Virus record (IMG/VR): IMGVR_UViG_2597489997_000001
Span: 128,001-192,000 of that record
Reading direction: 5' to 3' (one strand)
DNA: 64,000 nt
Source of the DNA: a virus
Lineage: Duplodnaviria; Caudoviricetes
Shown: positions 29,192 through 38,700 of the stretch, piece after piece
How positions within the stretch are numbered: position 1 is the first letter of the stretch
How the letters are laid out: each line of letters begins with the position of its first letter
Position numbers and translations under genes: made by a program
Notes under the pieces: generated by a model
Told to the model about the DNA's origin: nothing
The model's database searches: none
Seen by the model: only the letters and a program-made list of their open reading frames with translations

Positions 29192-30427
29192 ATGGCCCGT
29201 AGTTCTGACATTCGTATTTTCATCGCTAAGAAATTCCCTACTCTCCCAATGGGTCTCATCTACGTTGAACTCCATTCATTAATTACTACAATGGAATCAG
29301 CCAAAGACGCAGAAGGTTACAAACCTGAGTACGGCACCACTTTCCAAAATGAATGGGTCAAAGATACCGTTCATATTAAACCAGGTAATAAAGTTGCTTT
29401 TGTATCCAGTAAGGTTTCCTTTACTGAGAAGTCCATTTATCAGTTCCTGGAAGAACTGTCAGTTATCAGACATATTGACATGACTGGGGATATGACATTC
29501 CTGGACATGTATGGCGTTGTGCCGCTAGATGACGTGAAAGATATAATGTCACCTGCCGAAGTTGCAGGACTCAATGCTGAGGTCTACGCTACGCTTATGA
29601 AGCGTTGGTATAACCGTCATCGTGATGGGGCTAGCAATGCAACTATAATTCAACGTCGCTTGCGGAATGTTGATGCACATATTGAAGTGATGTTGGATAA
29701 GTTTGTCTTCCATCAAGACCAACGCAAGATGAGTTTCGATGTGAAGTATGTCGGTAAGACAGAACCTCATATCTTCTTGGTACCTGACTATGCATTTGAC
29801 ATTAAAGATACCAGCAGTAAGAAGTTCCGACTTTATCACCGTGATGTTGAAAAATACGTCACTGCTGGAAACATTAATTTTGGTGATGCGGTAACTAAGA
29901 TATCTGAATTTACTGGTGGCGAGAATAAGCATATTGCTCATGCGCTCCAGGCGATCATCGGGGAGGTGATTGGATGTGTGGCTAGTGGCAACACCGATAT
30001 CTTTGTTGTCGAGGGTTATCATCACGATTACACAATCAAAGCGGCGTGGGTATCTACTCCCCACAAAACTACAATCACCTTTAGTGTAAGACCTCGTAAA
30101 CCGGCAGACCCGACTCATGTGGGAATCAATATCACTAGTGAGTTGAACCAGCTTATTGTTAGTATGAACAAATACGCGGGAGAATTCGAGCAGGCTCATG
30201 TTTCATATGTCGGGGGTTTGCTGGATGTAGCTACCAATGGCGCATTCCTATCTCAGTACGCGAATAAGCTCCCACCGGTATTATCCGACTATACCGCAGA
30301 GGTTGTTCAACCTAGTGATCTTACCGAGCATTTGGTAATTACACCCGCTGTCAAGAAAATACATGACCCTCGTCGCTATAACCTTCGATTCGTGACTCAA
30401 GGGACGCGTAAGCTAATCCCTAGGTAG
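29192..30427 (+). CDS. Hypothetical protein (possible frameshifted C-terminal extension to 30572)
   Basis: TAAGGA RBS, 411 aa; +1 frame stays open from 30417 to 30572. Confidence 0.75.
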   Translation: MARSSDIRIFIAKKFPTLPMGLIYVELHSLITTMESAKDAEGYKPEYGTTFQNEWVKDTVHIKPGNKVAFVSSKVSFTEKSIYQFLEELSVIRHIDMTGDMTFLDMYGVVPLDDVKDIMSPAEVAGLNAEVYATLMKRWYNRHRDGASNATIIQRRLRNVDAHIEVMLDKFVFHQDQRKMSFDVKYVGKTEPHIFLVPDYAFDIKDTSSKKFRLYHRDVEKYVTAGNINFGDAVTKISEFTGGENKHIAHALQAIIGEVIGCVASGNTDIFVVEGYHHDYTIKAAWVSTPHKTTITFSVRPRKPADPTHVGINITSELNQLIVSMNKYAGEFEQAHVSYVGGLLDVATNGAFLSQYANKLPPVLSDYTAEVVQPSDLTEHLVITPAVKKIHDPRRYNLRFVTQGTRKLIPR

Positions 30428-30577
30428 CGTTGATCCAAAAGAACTCACTCAGATGAAGACGATATCTGATATGATGGCCGATGTCGATGATGGTCGTGTC
30501 GTGAGTTGGGAGAGTATCAAAAATCCTAAACAAACTGTTTGGTCTCGTTTAACCGGATTCTTCAAGAAATAACATAC

Positions 30578-30605
30578 CCCTACTCTCCTTAACCGGAGAG
30601 TAGGG
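30578..30605 (+). terminator. Hairpin flanked by CATA/TATG
   Basis: CCCTACTCTCC-TTAACC-GGAGAGTAGGG. Confidence 0.7.
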
Positions 30606-30641
30606 AGTTATGATTTGTTTTTCATTTGTATTTAAAGTGAA

Positions 30642-30664
30642 ACAGATATTATCAAATTGTATAA
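30642..30664 (+). promoter_or_regulatory. Putative phage early promoter
   Basis: ACAGATATTATC-AAAT-TGTATAA. Confidence 0.7.
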
Positions 30665-30693
30665 ACGTTTATATTAATATAGAGGATTTACTT

Positions 30694-31455
30694 ATGAAAA
30701 CTATTGACCGTAATGCATTTACTCAAACTACAATCGAAGCTATCGGTTATTATGTTTACTCTCTGATCGATCCACGTAACGGCGAAACTTTCTACGTCGG
30801 TAAAGGTGTAGGTAACCGCGTATTCATGCATGTTCAGGATTCCCTGAAAACTCCGCACTCTACTGACAAGCTCGACCGTATTCGTGAGATCCACGATGAG
30901 GGTTATGAAGTAACTCATTTGATTATCCGTCACGGCATGACCGAAGATCAGGCATTTGAAGTAGAGGCCGCTATTATCGACATGACACCAAATCTAACTA
31001 ACTTAGTTAAAGGTCATGGTTCTATTCGCGGCCCTAAGTCTATCAAGCAGATCAACGAAATGTACGATGCTGAAATCGCCGACATCGATGGTCTGAAAGT
31101 TCTGATGATTAAAATCAATAATAGTTACGGCAAAATGGATCCTATTGATGCGACCTGTTTCTCCTGGAAGATCTCCGCAGAGAAAATGATGAAAGCTGAT
31201 GTTATCCTGGGTGTTGCTAATGGGATCATCCGTACTGTATTAGAACCTCGTGGTTGGAATTTCTCTAACCCAATCCAACATGGTGAGATGTGGGAACATT
31301 ATGGATTCGACCACATGGACCAAGAACAGCGTAAGCGTAAAGTAATCAAAGCTATACCTGCCGACATTCTTTTACATGAACGTTTGATAGGTAAAGCTAT
31401 ACCTGCTGAATACTCCATGAAGGGTTCTCAGCAAGCACTTCGTTATAACTACTAA
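30694..31455 (+). CDS. GIY-YIG nuclease, LEM-3-like family
   Basis: YYVYSLIDPRNGETFYVGKG.GNRVF.H, AFEVEAAII, LTNLVKG; start at ATG 30694 after GAGGA. Confidence 0.85.
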   Translation: MKTIDRNAFTQTTIEAIGYYVYSLIDPRNGETFYVGKGVGNRVFMHVQDSLKTPHSTDKLDRIREIHDEGYEVTHLIIRHGMTEDQAFEVEAAIIDMTPNLTNLVKGHGSIRGPKSIKQINEMYDAEIADIDGLKVLMIKINNSYGKMDPIDATCFSWKISAEKMMKADVILGVANGIIRTVLEPRGWNFSNPIQHGEMWEHYGFDHMDQEQRKRKVIKAIPADILLHERLIGKAIPAEYSMKGSQQALRYNY

Positions 31456-31472
31456 CATAGAGGAAAGTAGAA

Positions 31473-31829
31473 ATGGCTAAATATAACGCACCGTCAGTAA
31501 TACTGGCAAAAGAACTTATTGCTTCTCGTTTAAGTTTCGTCTTGATTCAAAAGCTAAAGACAACCACTCGAGGTGTACTCGCTACACGCATCGGTATGAG
31601 CCGTCACATGGTTAACCGATTAGCCCGTGGTGTTAGCAAGAATGTTTCACTGGACGCCATGCTGTTGGTTGCAGAGCGTTTAAACGTTAAATATAAAGTA
31701 TCAATGGAATGGTCTGGTAAAGGACTGCCCGCCGTAACGGTAGAGTTAGTTGATCTTTACCCTGGACTGAAGAAACCCGTCACTAAAGTCCCTAAACACC
31801 AATCCGATAATGAATTCTACATAGGTTAG
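31473..31829 (+). CDS. XRE-like helix-turn-helix protein
   Basis: TRGVLATRIGMSRHMVNRLARG...NVSLDAMLLVAERL. Confidence 0.7.
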   Translation: MAKYNAPSVILAKELIASRLSFVLIQKLKTTTRGVLATRIGMSRHMVNRLARGVSKNVSLDAMLLVAERLNVKYKVSMEWSGKGLPAVTVELVDLYPGLKKPVTKVPKHQSDNEFYIG

Positions 31830-31834
31830 TCCCA

Positions 31835-32113
31835 ATGCCTCCTAAGAACGTCACTGATGTACCAGAAACAATTAAGCGTGCCATCTATGCTCCTATTTAT
31901 GAGGAGATGAGCCAACTGAAAAGAGCCACTACTCAGAAAGAGTTAGCTAGCACTTTCGGTGTAAGCCAAACCACCATAGGTAGTATTCTCAATGGTGGGA
32001 TCCAGCACGTCAGTCTCAATAAGCTGATTCCTATCGCAACCCAGATGGGAATTGAAATGTCAATCACTACTTCTGCAAGCGGTGTTGATAAAGTAACCAA
32101 AATAACTAGGTGA
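31835..32113 (+). CDS. XRE-like helix-turn-helix protein
   Basis: TQKELASTFGVSQTTIGSILNG...VSLNKLIPIA. Confidence 0.8.
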   Translation: MPPKNVTDVPETIKRAIYAPIYEEMSQLKRATTQKELASTFGVSQTTIGSILNGGIQHVSLNKLIPIATQMGIEMSITTSASGVDKVTKITR

Positions 32114-32119
32114 GTTATT

Positions 32120-32587
32120 ATGAAAGATAACAACGGTGTTGAGTATTATAATCCATCTGGGGTGGATGTCTGGTTTGCCCGTTACGAATTAAAAGCACCT
32201 GGAGATCCAACCCCCATGTTCTTTGATATCTGGGGAGCTGGTTTAGCCAACCCTAGTAGTAAACCCAGCATGCTGGAAACGCCCCTGGTAGATATAGTAG
32301 ATGATATTCCAATGACTGTTATCGATTGTTTTGGGATATTCACAGAAGCAGAAAGGGAAGCGCATAAGGCATGGTTAGTACCCAATCTAACTCCGCAATT
32401 CGCTCCTATTCCTTTTGTTCTTCGTGAGCCTACTGATTCATTAGGAATGAGTAAAGTAGTCTGTACTCCCGTTCAGTACGGTGAGAAGAACTATCTTAGT
32501 TATAAACCAGTGGGTGATGATTACATCCTCCAAGAAGGAGAACGGTTCGTAAAACCTAAGAACCCTTCTTTCCCAACTAAATTCTGA
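32120..32587 (+). CDS. Hypothetical protein
   Basis: 155 aa, in operon. Confidence 0.7.
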   Translation: MKDNNGVEYYNPSGVDVWFARYELKAPGDPTPMFFDIWGAGLANPSSKPSMLETPLVDIVDDIPMTVIDCFGIFTEAEREAHKAWLVPNLTPQFAPIPFVLREPTDSLGMSKVVCTPVQYGEKNYLSYKPVGDDYILQEGERFVKPKNPSFPTKF

Positions 32588-32594
32588 GGTAATA

Positions 32595-33572
32595 ATGAGC
32601 AAGCAGATTTGGAACCACAGTCCTTTCGTCCACAGTGAGTGGGTGGAGTTTACCGGACTACGTTTTAAGAACCCGTACATGCTCCGTCTTAAAGATGGTC
32701 GTGAACTACCAGGCTATCCCAATGCAGGTGCTTGGGCAGTTGAGTATAATGCCTGGATCGAGGATAGTGAGGTAACTCACATCATGCCTTTACCCGATAA
32801 CTATCCTGGGCTGGGTCGCCAAATGCCCGGTGGTTTCAGGATTGCTCGTGACATCGAGTATTTCGGTAAGCGCTATCCTGTTTGGTGCGGAACCAAAGAT
32901 GGGTTTGTCAGAGAAAACCAAATCCCTAAAGGAAAGGAAATTCTCCCAATCCGTATCATGGCTTACCGCGATAAGAAAGATACCACCAAGAAGGTTCATC
33001 TCTTCGTTACCCAGGGTTTGTTAGTTGATATTCATCCTTCTAATGTATCTCTGGAGTCAATGCAGAAATATACCGAAGTCCCTGGATTCTGGCCCGATGA
33101 CGACGTTCAGGTATTGTCGTGTGACGAACTGGTACACTGTATCAACAATGCAGCTGTGTACAAACAGTTAGAGTCCACAGAACCATTAGTCCCAGAGATC
33201 ACTAAGTATCTCCGCGAGGTTATTGGTTTGACTCCTCAACGATATCTTCCATTATTCGGGTTTGTGGTAACTCAGTGGAAAAAGGATAAGGAAGATTTCT
33301 GCCGTCAATTAGAAATGGGAATGATCGTCCAAGATAAAGTCAAAGACCGCATGGAGCAATGGCGTATCCTGGAGAAACCCAAGCTTACTAAGACTGCCCG
33401 CGCCAAGTTAATTAACTTAAGTCGTGGTCCTGAGGTAGATAAAACCTTCACCATTGAAATGTTGGAAATATCTAACTTCCTTAAGAACCCTCTCATTCTT
33501 CCTCCGGTCAAGTGGGAAGGAGCGAGTCGAGTATTCAATCCAGCTCATTATTTGAACTCACCTGGCCAATAA
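32595..33572 (+). CDS. Hypothetical protein
   Basis: GAGG RBS, 325 aa. Confidence 0.75.
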   Translation: MSKQIWNHSPFVHSEWVEFTGLRFKNPYMLRLKDGRELPGYPNAGAWAVEYNAWIEDSEVTHIMPLPDNYPGLGRQMPGGFRIARDIEYFGKRYPVWCGTKDGFVRENQIPKGKEILPIRIMAYRDKKDTTKKVHLFVTQGLLVDIHPSNVSLESMQKYTEVPGFWPDDDVQVLSCDELVHCINNAAVYKQLESTEPLVPEITKYLREVIGLTPQRYLPLFGFVVTQWKKDKEDFCRQLEMGMIVQDKVKDRMEQWRILEKPKLTKTARAKLINLSRGPEVDKTFTIEMLEISNFLKNPLILPPVKWEGASRVFNPAHYLNSPGQ

Positions 33573-33580
33573 GGAATCGC

Positions 33581-33934
33581 ATGAGCATAACTAAAATAAG
33601 ATCGGGTGTCCGTGTCTCTGGGTCTTTAAAAACCCTTGATATGGATACCAGTATTTTAGCGCTAATAAAAACACGGCTGAGAAGACTGTACTCTGAAGCT
33701 GACCAGTCGGTCTTTGCCTACATCATCAATCCATTAGTGACCACCAGAGCCAATCAGTTATCGGACGATAAGTTCCGCGCTCGTGTTAAGAGTGAATTAC
33801 TGAAGCACGCCCAAATGGTGTTCCCTGATCGTAATTATACCGAGGTTAGTGATTACTCGGTGTTGTATAATGCGATTGTTGATTTCATTAAGGAGCGCAA
33901 CGATAAGATCAGCGCCTACCAAAGGAATAAATGA
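33581..33934 (+). CDS. Hypothetical protein
   Basis: Start moved to ATG 33581 after TAAGGA. Confidence 0.7.
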   Translation: MSITKIRSGVRVSGSLKTLDMDTSILALIKTRLRRLYSEADQSVFAYIINPLVTTRANQLSDDKFRARVKSELLKHAQMVFPDRNYTEVSDYSVLYNAIVDFIKERNDKISAYQRNK

Positions 33935-34185
33935 TGGAAATAAACTTATATGTTGCTATGGGGTTAGTATTCTTGGTTGGCTCGGTACTTCTTATTAGTG
34001 AGGTAGTGTTTAGCTATACCCATTACGCTCGAGTGGAGCCGAGGATGTCATACGAAGAGGATGTCCGTTATTCGCGCATTCTTAAAGAGATGTTGTTCCG
34101 GCGAATATTAATTATTGGCATTGCAGTTAGTGTGAGTGAAGCACTCCTCATCGCTATGCAATTAGCCAACGTCTTTTATAAATAG
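33931..34185 (+). CDS. Small two-TM membrane protein
   Basis: Two hydrophobic segments around a basic loop. Confidence 0.7.
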   Translation: MMEINLYVAMGLVFLVGSVLLISEVVFSYTHYARVEPRMSYEEDVRYSRILKEMLFRRILIIGIAVSVSEALLIAMQLANVFYK

Positions 34186-34194
34186 AGGGAATTT

Positions 34195-34440
34195 GTGCTC
34201 AATCTCATTTTAGCTTTTTCCATGGTTGCGGCAGTAGTTATGTTTGTAGCTGTGCTTGTGATGGAATCTATTTTCCTTGCAAGAGATCTCGGTCGACGTA
34301 TTAAGAATATCCCAGAGTCAGTTCGCTCTTTCCACCGTGCTTGGTTAATCAAGACGTTCCTTGTAAGGATGGGTGGTATGGGTGTTATCTTATTCCTGAT
34401 TGAATCAGTAGGTTGGACTTATATTTATCAAACATTATAG
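34195..34440 (+). CDS. Small two-TM membrane protein
   Basis: GAGGG RBS; same topology as the preceding gene. Confidence 0.7.
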   Translation: MLNLILAFSMVAAVVMFVAVLVMESIFLARDLGRRIKNIPESVRSFHRAWLIKTFLVRMGGMGVILFLIESVGWTYIYQTL

Positions 34441-34448
34441 AGAGCGCT

Positions 34449-35054
34449 ATGAGTAAATACCCAAGTATCGAAGCTGCATTGGTGGATGGACCCGGATCTA
34501 TGACCGGTAGCATTAACGAAGCATTCAGTGTTGGTGTGATGCGTGAGATCGGTGATTCTATCGATGGCGGATTAACCAGTTGGCTGAATGAAGTTGGTGT
34601 ACCTCGTCGTTTTCACTTTGCTTTCAAGGTGAAACGTCTGAAGAGTTTAATGGTGGATGATGTTAGCACCCACTCATTCCTCTCTTTACTTAAAGAAACC
34701 TTCAAGCTTCAATACGGGGATTGGATCTCCCTTATTCACATTGATCCGCCAGAGAAGTATAACTCTTCTCATTTACAGAAATTCCTGATGTTTACCGTCT
34801 ACAGTGCATTACTTGAAGATCTTAAAGATCATCATGCAGCGTTCAAGTCTACGCTGGTGTACCTCGATGATATTGAACATCATGTAAATCTGTTTAATCG
34901 TGTTCTTTCTAACTTACCTGATGCGACTATCATTGATGAAGTTATTATCAGCCAGGAGGTTGTACGGAGAGCAGCTAGAACACTTATCGATAAAGGCGTT
35001 ATGCAATTAACCTGGGATACAATTGAATATCGTCAAGGTATTATACTGAGCTAA
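34449..35054 (+). CDS. Hypothetical protein
   Basis: Start moved to ATG 34449. Confidence 0.7.
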   Translation: MSKYPSIEAALVDGPGSMTGSINEAFSVGVMREIGDSIDGGLTSWLNEVGVPRRFHFAFKVKRLKSLMVDDVSTHSFLSLLKETFKLQYGDWISLIHIDPPEKYNSSHLQKFLMFTVYSALLEDLKDHHAAFKSTLVYLDDIEHHVNLFNRVLSNLPDATIIDEVIISQEVVRRAARTLIDKGVMQLTWDTIEYRQGIILS

Positions 35055-35059
35055 CATAC

Positions 35060-35097
35060 GAGAACCTACCCGTAATGGGTAGGTTCTCTATTATGTT
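35060..35097 (+). repeat. 38-bp terminator-like hairpin element, copy 1
   Basis: GAGAACCTACCCGTAATGGGTAGGTTCTCTATTATGTT; exact reverse complement at 50282-50319. Confidence 0.9.
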
Positions 35098-35128
35098 GTT
35101 TGTTTTTCTTTTCGGTATAAATTTACAG

Positions 35129-35151
35129 GCAGATATTATCCTAGTGTATAA
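35129..35151 (+). promoter_or_regulatory. Putative phage early promoter
   Basis: GCAGATATTATC-CTAG-TGTATAA. Confidence 0.7.
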
Positions 35152-35176
35152 CCGCAAACATTTAACCTGGAGATAA

Positions 35177-36181
35177 ATGATGGATAAGAAAATTGGGTAC
35201 ATTACCAAACCAGTCATGCCCGTAGCAAACTGGGAAGAAGAATTGAAACACTTTGGTATTTTAAGTGACTGTGTCACCGTTGCGGAATTGGAAAGCATCA
35301 AACCAATTCGTAGTGATTACGATTCCTGGATCTTCAATGTTCCGACCGAACTCATGGAGCGTATCAATGCACGTATCCTTGAAATGGGAATCACCCGCGA
35401 AGAAGCTGAAACCATAGTTGGTAAAATGGTTGCTTGGGTTCAGTATTCATCCAGTACAGGTGCGGTGTATGAATTGGACTCTGTTCCCAAAATGAAGTTA
35501 TCTCCCGAGTTTTCTTGGGCAGACTTCAAACCTAATCCAAATCTACATCGTATTAATGCGGACGCTTCTGATGTCGAAATCAAAGGTGTTCATTTGAAAT
35601 CGTCACGTCCAACGGCTCGTGACAAGGTCATGGTTATGTTAGCCACTTTGTCAGAACTCGAATTACAAGACGACTTCCCAGGTGTGGAACATGATGTCTT
35701 GGAATATGTGGCTTATTGGGGCAATGATGATTATGTCATGGGTGCTGATATGGGGAAATACCTCGAGTCGGTCACCATAGATGGTAAAGCAGTGCATCCT
35801 CGTCACTACATCTACTGCAAACCACAGAAAGCTGTTATCTGGTTGGGTTACGAATTACTTCGTGGTAACCGCCCACAGGTGGTTCTGAAACATGATCCAG
35901 AAAACGACCTCCGTGAGTTCATTGGTTTGCCTGACGACCATCCGCTGAAGAAAGGGGTACTTGCCTTAGCCCGCGAGAACCGTGTAACAGGTAAAACACT
36001 TTACCGTGAAGTTGCCTTATCTGGTGGCTTCCCACTAGGTCGGTCTTTTGCCGAACCATGTACTGAACAATTTGTTGATGACCGACCTGAAACCATCAAA
36101 GGTAACAGTCGCCAGCGCATCGTCGATAATGGTAAACATAAATGGCCAGCTGCCAAAACTCGGAAAGGACATCGCAAATGA
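35177..36181 (+). CDS. Hypothetical protein with basic C-terminal tail
   Basis: GGAG RBS, 334 aa, first gene after the promoter motif. Confidence 0.8.
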   Translation: MMDKKIGYITKPVMPVANWEEELKHFGILSDCVTVAELESIKPIRSDYDSWIFNVPTELMERINARILEMGITREEAETIVGKMVAWVQYSSSTGAVYELDSVPKMKLSPEFSWADFKPNPNLHRINADASDVEIKGVHLKSSRPTARDKVMVMLATLSELELQDDFPGVEHDVLEYVAYWGNDDYVMGADMGKYLESVTIDGKAVHPRHYIYCKPQKAVIWLGYELLRGNRPQVVLKHDPENDLREFIGLPDDHPLKKGVLALARENRVTGKTLYREVALSGGFPLGRSFAEPCTEQFVDDRPETIKGNSRQRIVDNGKHKWPAAKTRKGHRK

Positions 36182-36435
36182 AAGACACAATCAACACTTT
36201 AACCCATGCGGCATTATTGGCAGTGGGTAAGAAAATGAGAGAGCAGGGTATCTCTGGGGGACTTATTTCAGATATACACTTCAGTCACCTCAGAAGACAA
36301 CAGCCTATCTTTGACCAACCGCGCGGTATTGATCTCCCCACCAATGACGGGTTCCAAGAGAAACGAAATCGTCAAGTACGTCAGGGTAAGAAATCTGCCT
36401 GGCCAGTTCCTCGTGGGAAGGGGCATCGTTATTAA
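36178..36435 (+). CDS. Small basic protein sharing C-terminal motif with the preceding gene
   Basis: ATGA overlap, AAAGGA RBS; ends GKKSAWPVPRGKGHRY. Confidence 0.7.
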   Translation: MKDTINTLTHAALLAVGKKMREQGISGGLISDIHFSHLRRQQPIFDQPRGIDLPTNDGFQEKRNRQVRQGKKSAWPVPRGKGHRY

Positions 36436-36581
36436 TGAAATATGCTTTGGAGTACATAAGTAAGAAACGTGCGACACAACGGTGGTATCAGTCTCCGGAG
36501 TTTAGCGTGTTTCTTATTATATTAATCGCTACGGTCATTTCTCTGGCCGTAACTTATTTTGTCTATCGAGGACAGCCGTAA
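36435..36581 (+). CDS. 48-aa single-TM protein (not in ORF track)
   Basis: TAATG coupling at both ends; MKYALEYISKKRATQRWYQSPEFSVFLIILIATVISLAVTYFVYRGQP. Confidence 0.65.
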   Translation: MKYALEYISKKRATQRWYQSPEFSVFLIILIATVISLAVTYFVYRGQP

Positions 36582-36904
36582 TGAAGTTGACAGGTCCAAA
36601 GGTGAAGGCAGATTTAATCAAAGGAATTATTATTTTGATTATCTGTTTGTTTTCCGTAATCATCGGGTTCACCTACATAGGTTATAAAGAAGAACATCGC
36701 CGTATCGAAAAAGGTGTTAATATTTTAACTGGAATGGGGTACAACAAAACCGAAATCATCAAAGGCAAAGCAGTGTGCCCTAAAGGTGAATACGGACGCT
36801 GGTATCACGCTGTCAATAAAGACGGTAAAGAAGAACGCGGTGTACTGTGTGTAACCGGGGACACTGGATTACCATACACCATCCCTGCTCCTAAGGATAA
36901 ATAA
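36581..36904 (+). CDS. Membrane-anchored hypothetical protein
   Basis: N-terminal TM; two Cys in the soluble part. Confidence 0.7.
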   Translation: MKLTGPKVKADLIKGIIILIICLFSVIIGFTYIGYKEEHRRIEKGVNILTGMGYNKTEIIKGKAVCPKGEYGRWYHAVNKDGKEERGVLCVTGDTGLPYTIPAPKDK

Positions 36905-37141
36905 ATGCAATCTGAATTACTCATTTTAATTCTGTCTCAGGTCACCCTTACCGGGATTGTACTCATCCTGGCTGTTCTGGAGGTGGCTAAAATGTATCAC
37001 CGTATGTTCTATGCTGGAGAGGATGCTCGTAAAGCTAAGAGTGCCGTGGATAACTGTAAACACCAGCTCTGGACCATCATGGGTATCTACATGGTCCTGA
37101 CTGTGGTCCAGTTCTACAAATCGGGCATTCCTATTTTCTAA
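36905..37141 (+). CDS. Small two-TM membrane protein
   Basis: Topology like the 33931/34195 genes. Confidence 0.7.
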   Translation: MQSELLILILSQVTLTGIVLILAVLEVAKMYHRMFYAGEDARKAKSAVDNCKHQLWTIMGIYMVLTVVQFYKSGIPIF

Positions 37142-37153
37142 CCAGAGGTAACT

Positions 37154-37825
37154 ATGACACAGTTAGTTGAAGGACCAAACTTCGCATATTCAAATTGCGG
37201 AATTGATATGGTTATTCCTTTCCACCCAAGGGTATACCATCTCGTTGATAAGATCCACCTTAATACGTGGGCTGCAATCTTTTCGGTAGCATTATATAAC
37301 GTTGCCCATGAAGGTGAAGAACAAATCAACGAACGCAGTTTTATTCAGGATTCTATTATGCATCTTGAATTCGGATATGAACGACATACGGTCGCTGCTG
37401 ACATCGCTCAGTATCTTGCCAATACTCGTGACTTGTTAAAGATGTATTACATGCAGTGCGTCAATGACTATGTAATCAAAGCCATGAATATTGATAAGAC
37501 CAAATCCTCTACTCAATCTGGGGACTATACAGTAAGGAAGATTATTCATTACTGGCTGCGTACTGAGCTGAGTCATTTATGTGGAAAATCAACCCACCAT
37601 ACTACCTGGAGTACGGTATCTGATTTGTTCAAAGATCATGGTGTGTTGCTCCCAGCTATCTGGCTGGAAACATTTGGGTTATATGCTGAAGAACCAATTA
37701 GTCCGTTCGCCCAACTTGCGGCTGCTTCAATGAACGGTGATGATGTTACGACTATTGATGTCAGGGTGACTAACACTGATACCGGTGTTCATTTCGAAAC
37801 CATGGACAATGGTAGTTCTGAATAA
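37154..37825 (+). CDS. Hypothetical protein
   Basis: GAGG RBS, 223 aa. Confidence 0.75.
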   Translation: MTQLVEGPNFAYSNCGIDMVIPFHPRVYHLVDKIHLNTWAAIFSVALYNVAHEGEEQINERSFIQDSIMHLEFGYERHTVAADIAQYLANTRDLLKMYYMQCVNDYVIKAMNIDKTKSSTQSGDYTVRKIIHYWLRTELSHLCGKSTHHTTWSTVSDLFKDHGVLLPAIWLETFGLYAEEPISPFAQLAAASMNGDDVTTIDVRVTNTDTGVHFETMDNGSSE

Positions 37826-37847
37826 TAGTTCGATTTCAGGAGCTTTA

Positions 37848-38186
37848 ATGGCGACAATTCAATTTAAAGATGTAGATTTCTTTGGTCTAAAGTTGTTGGA
37901 TAAAGAGAACTGCCGTTTCTGTGTTAGATCCGGTAAAGCCTTTATGTATATTAATAATCAACGTTTTGATTTTGAAGATACTCCGGCAACAACAGAAATC
38001 ACTAAGTTCGGTTTAGACTTTGAAGCAGTAAACATGGACACCAGTAAAGATGTCACTGTTGAAGGCTTCATTTTCTTCTGGCAAAAAGAATCCTTTTATG
38101 CCGCCGCAATTATTGACCTTAAACGTAAACACCCACCTATCGTTATCCGGGCCGGTGATGCTTTAAAGGAAATAGAAAATGAATGA
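37848..38186 (+). CDS. Hypothetical protein
   Basis: Start moved to ATG 37848 after AGGAG. Confidence 0.7.
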   Translation: MATIQFKDVDFFGLKLLDKENCRFCVRSGKAFMYINNQRFDFEDTPATTEITKFGLDFEAVNMDTSKDVTVEGFIFFWQKESFYAAAIIDLKRKHPPIVIRAGDALKEIENE

Positions 38187-38646
38187 CATGAAGAAAACCG
38201 AAGATGGGTATTACCAGTTGAGTGTCGGCGGACTTGATATAGAAAATGACAATGGTCGTATCTATCTCTCGCCAGGCGACTTTGATGACGATACTTATCC
38301 TGTTGACCATAAAGAATTGGCGATGGCTCAACAAGTAAGTAACCTGACTGCTGAGAACTATCAGAAGTTACGTGATGCGACTACTTACGAAGAACGTCTT
38401 GTCATTATCGAAGATGTTGCTACCTACAACCGCAGTAAGTTCAAATCCCTATCTAAACGTCGTAAGAAAATCTTTATAAAAGGATTTACGCATTACGACA
38501 TCAGAACGGGTGATTTGATTCACTATAATAACCGTGGATCCATCTGGGTATTCCCAGCTCCAATAACTCACACCTTCGTGGAGAAGACCGGTATACCGTT
38601 CGAGAACATGATGGGTGCCTGGGTTAGCGAGTTGATGCATCCATAA
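38179..38646 (+). CDS. Hypothetical protein
   Basis: AAGGA RBS, 155 aa. Confidence 0.7.
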   Translation: MNDMKKTEDGYYQLSVGGLDIENDNGRIYLSPGDFDDDTYPVDHKELAMAQQVSNLTAENYQKLRDATTYEERLVIIEDVATYNRSKFKSLSKRRKKIFIKGFTHYDIRTGDLIHYNNRGSIWVFPAPITHTFVEKTGIPFENMMGAWVSELMHP

Positions 38647-38700
38647 TACGTTTCAATCAACTGGAGTAATGCTCCGAAATATAACCACCAAGAGGTAATT

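Noticed and set aside
29549-30199. 216-aa antisense ORF
   Set aside because: Lies fully inside a plus-strand gene with an RBS; no recognisable motifs
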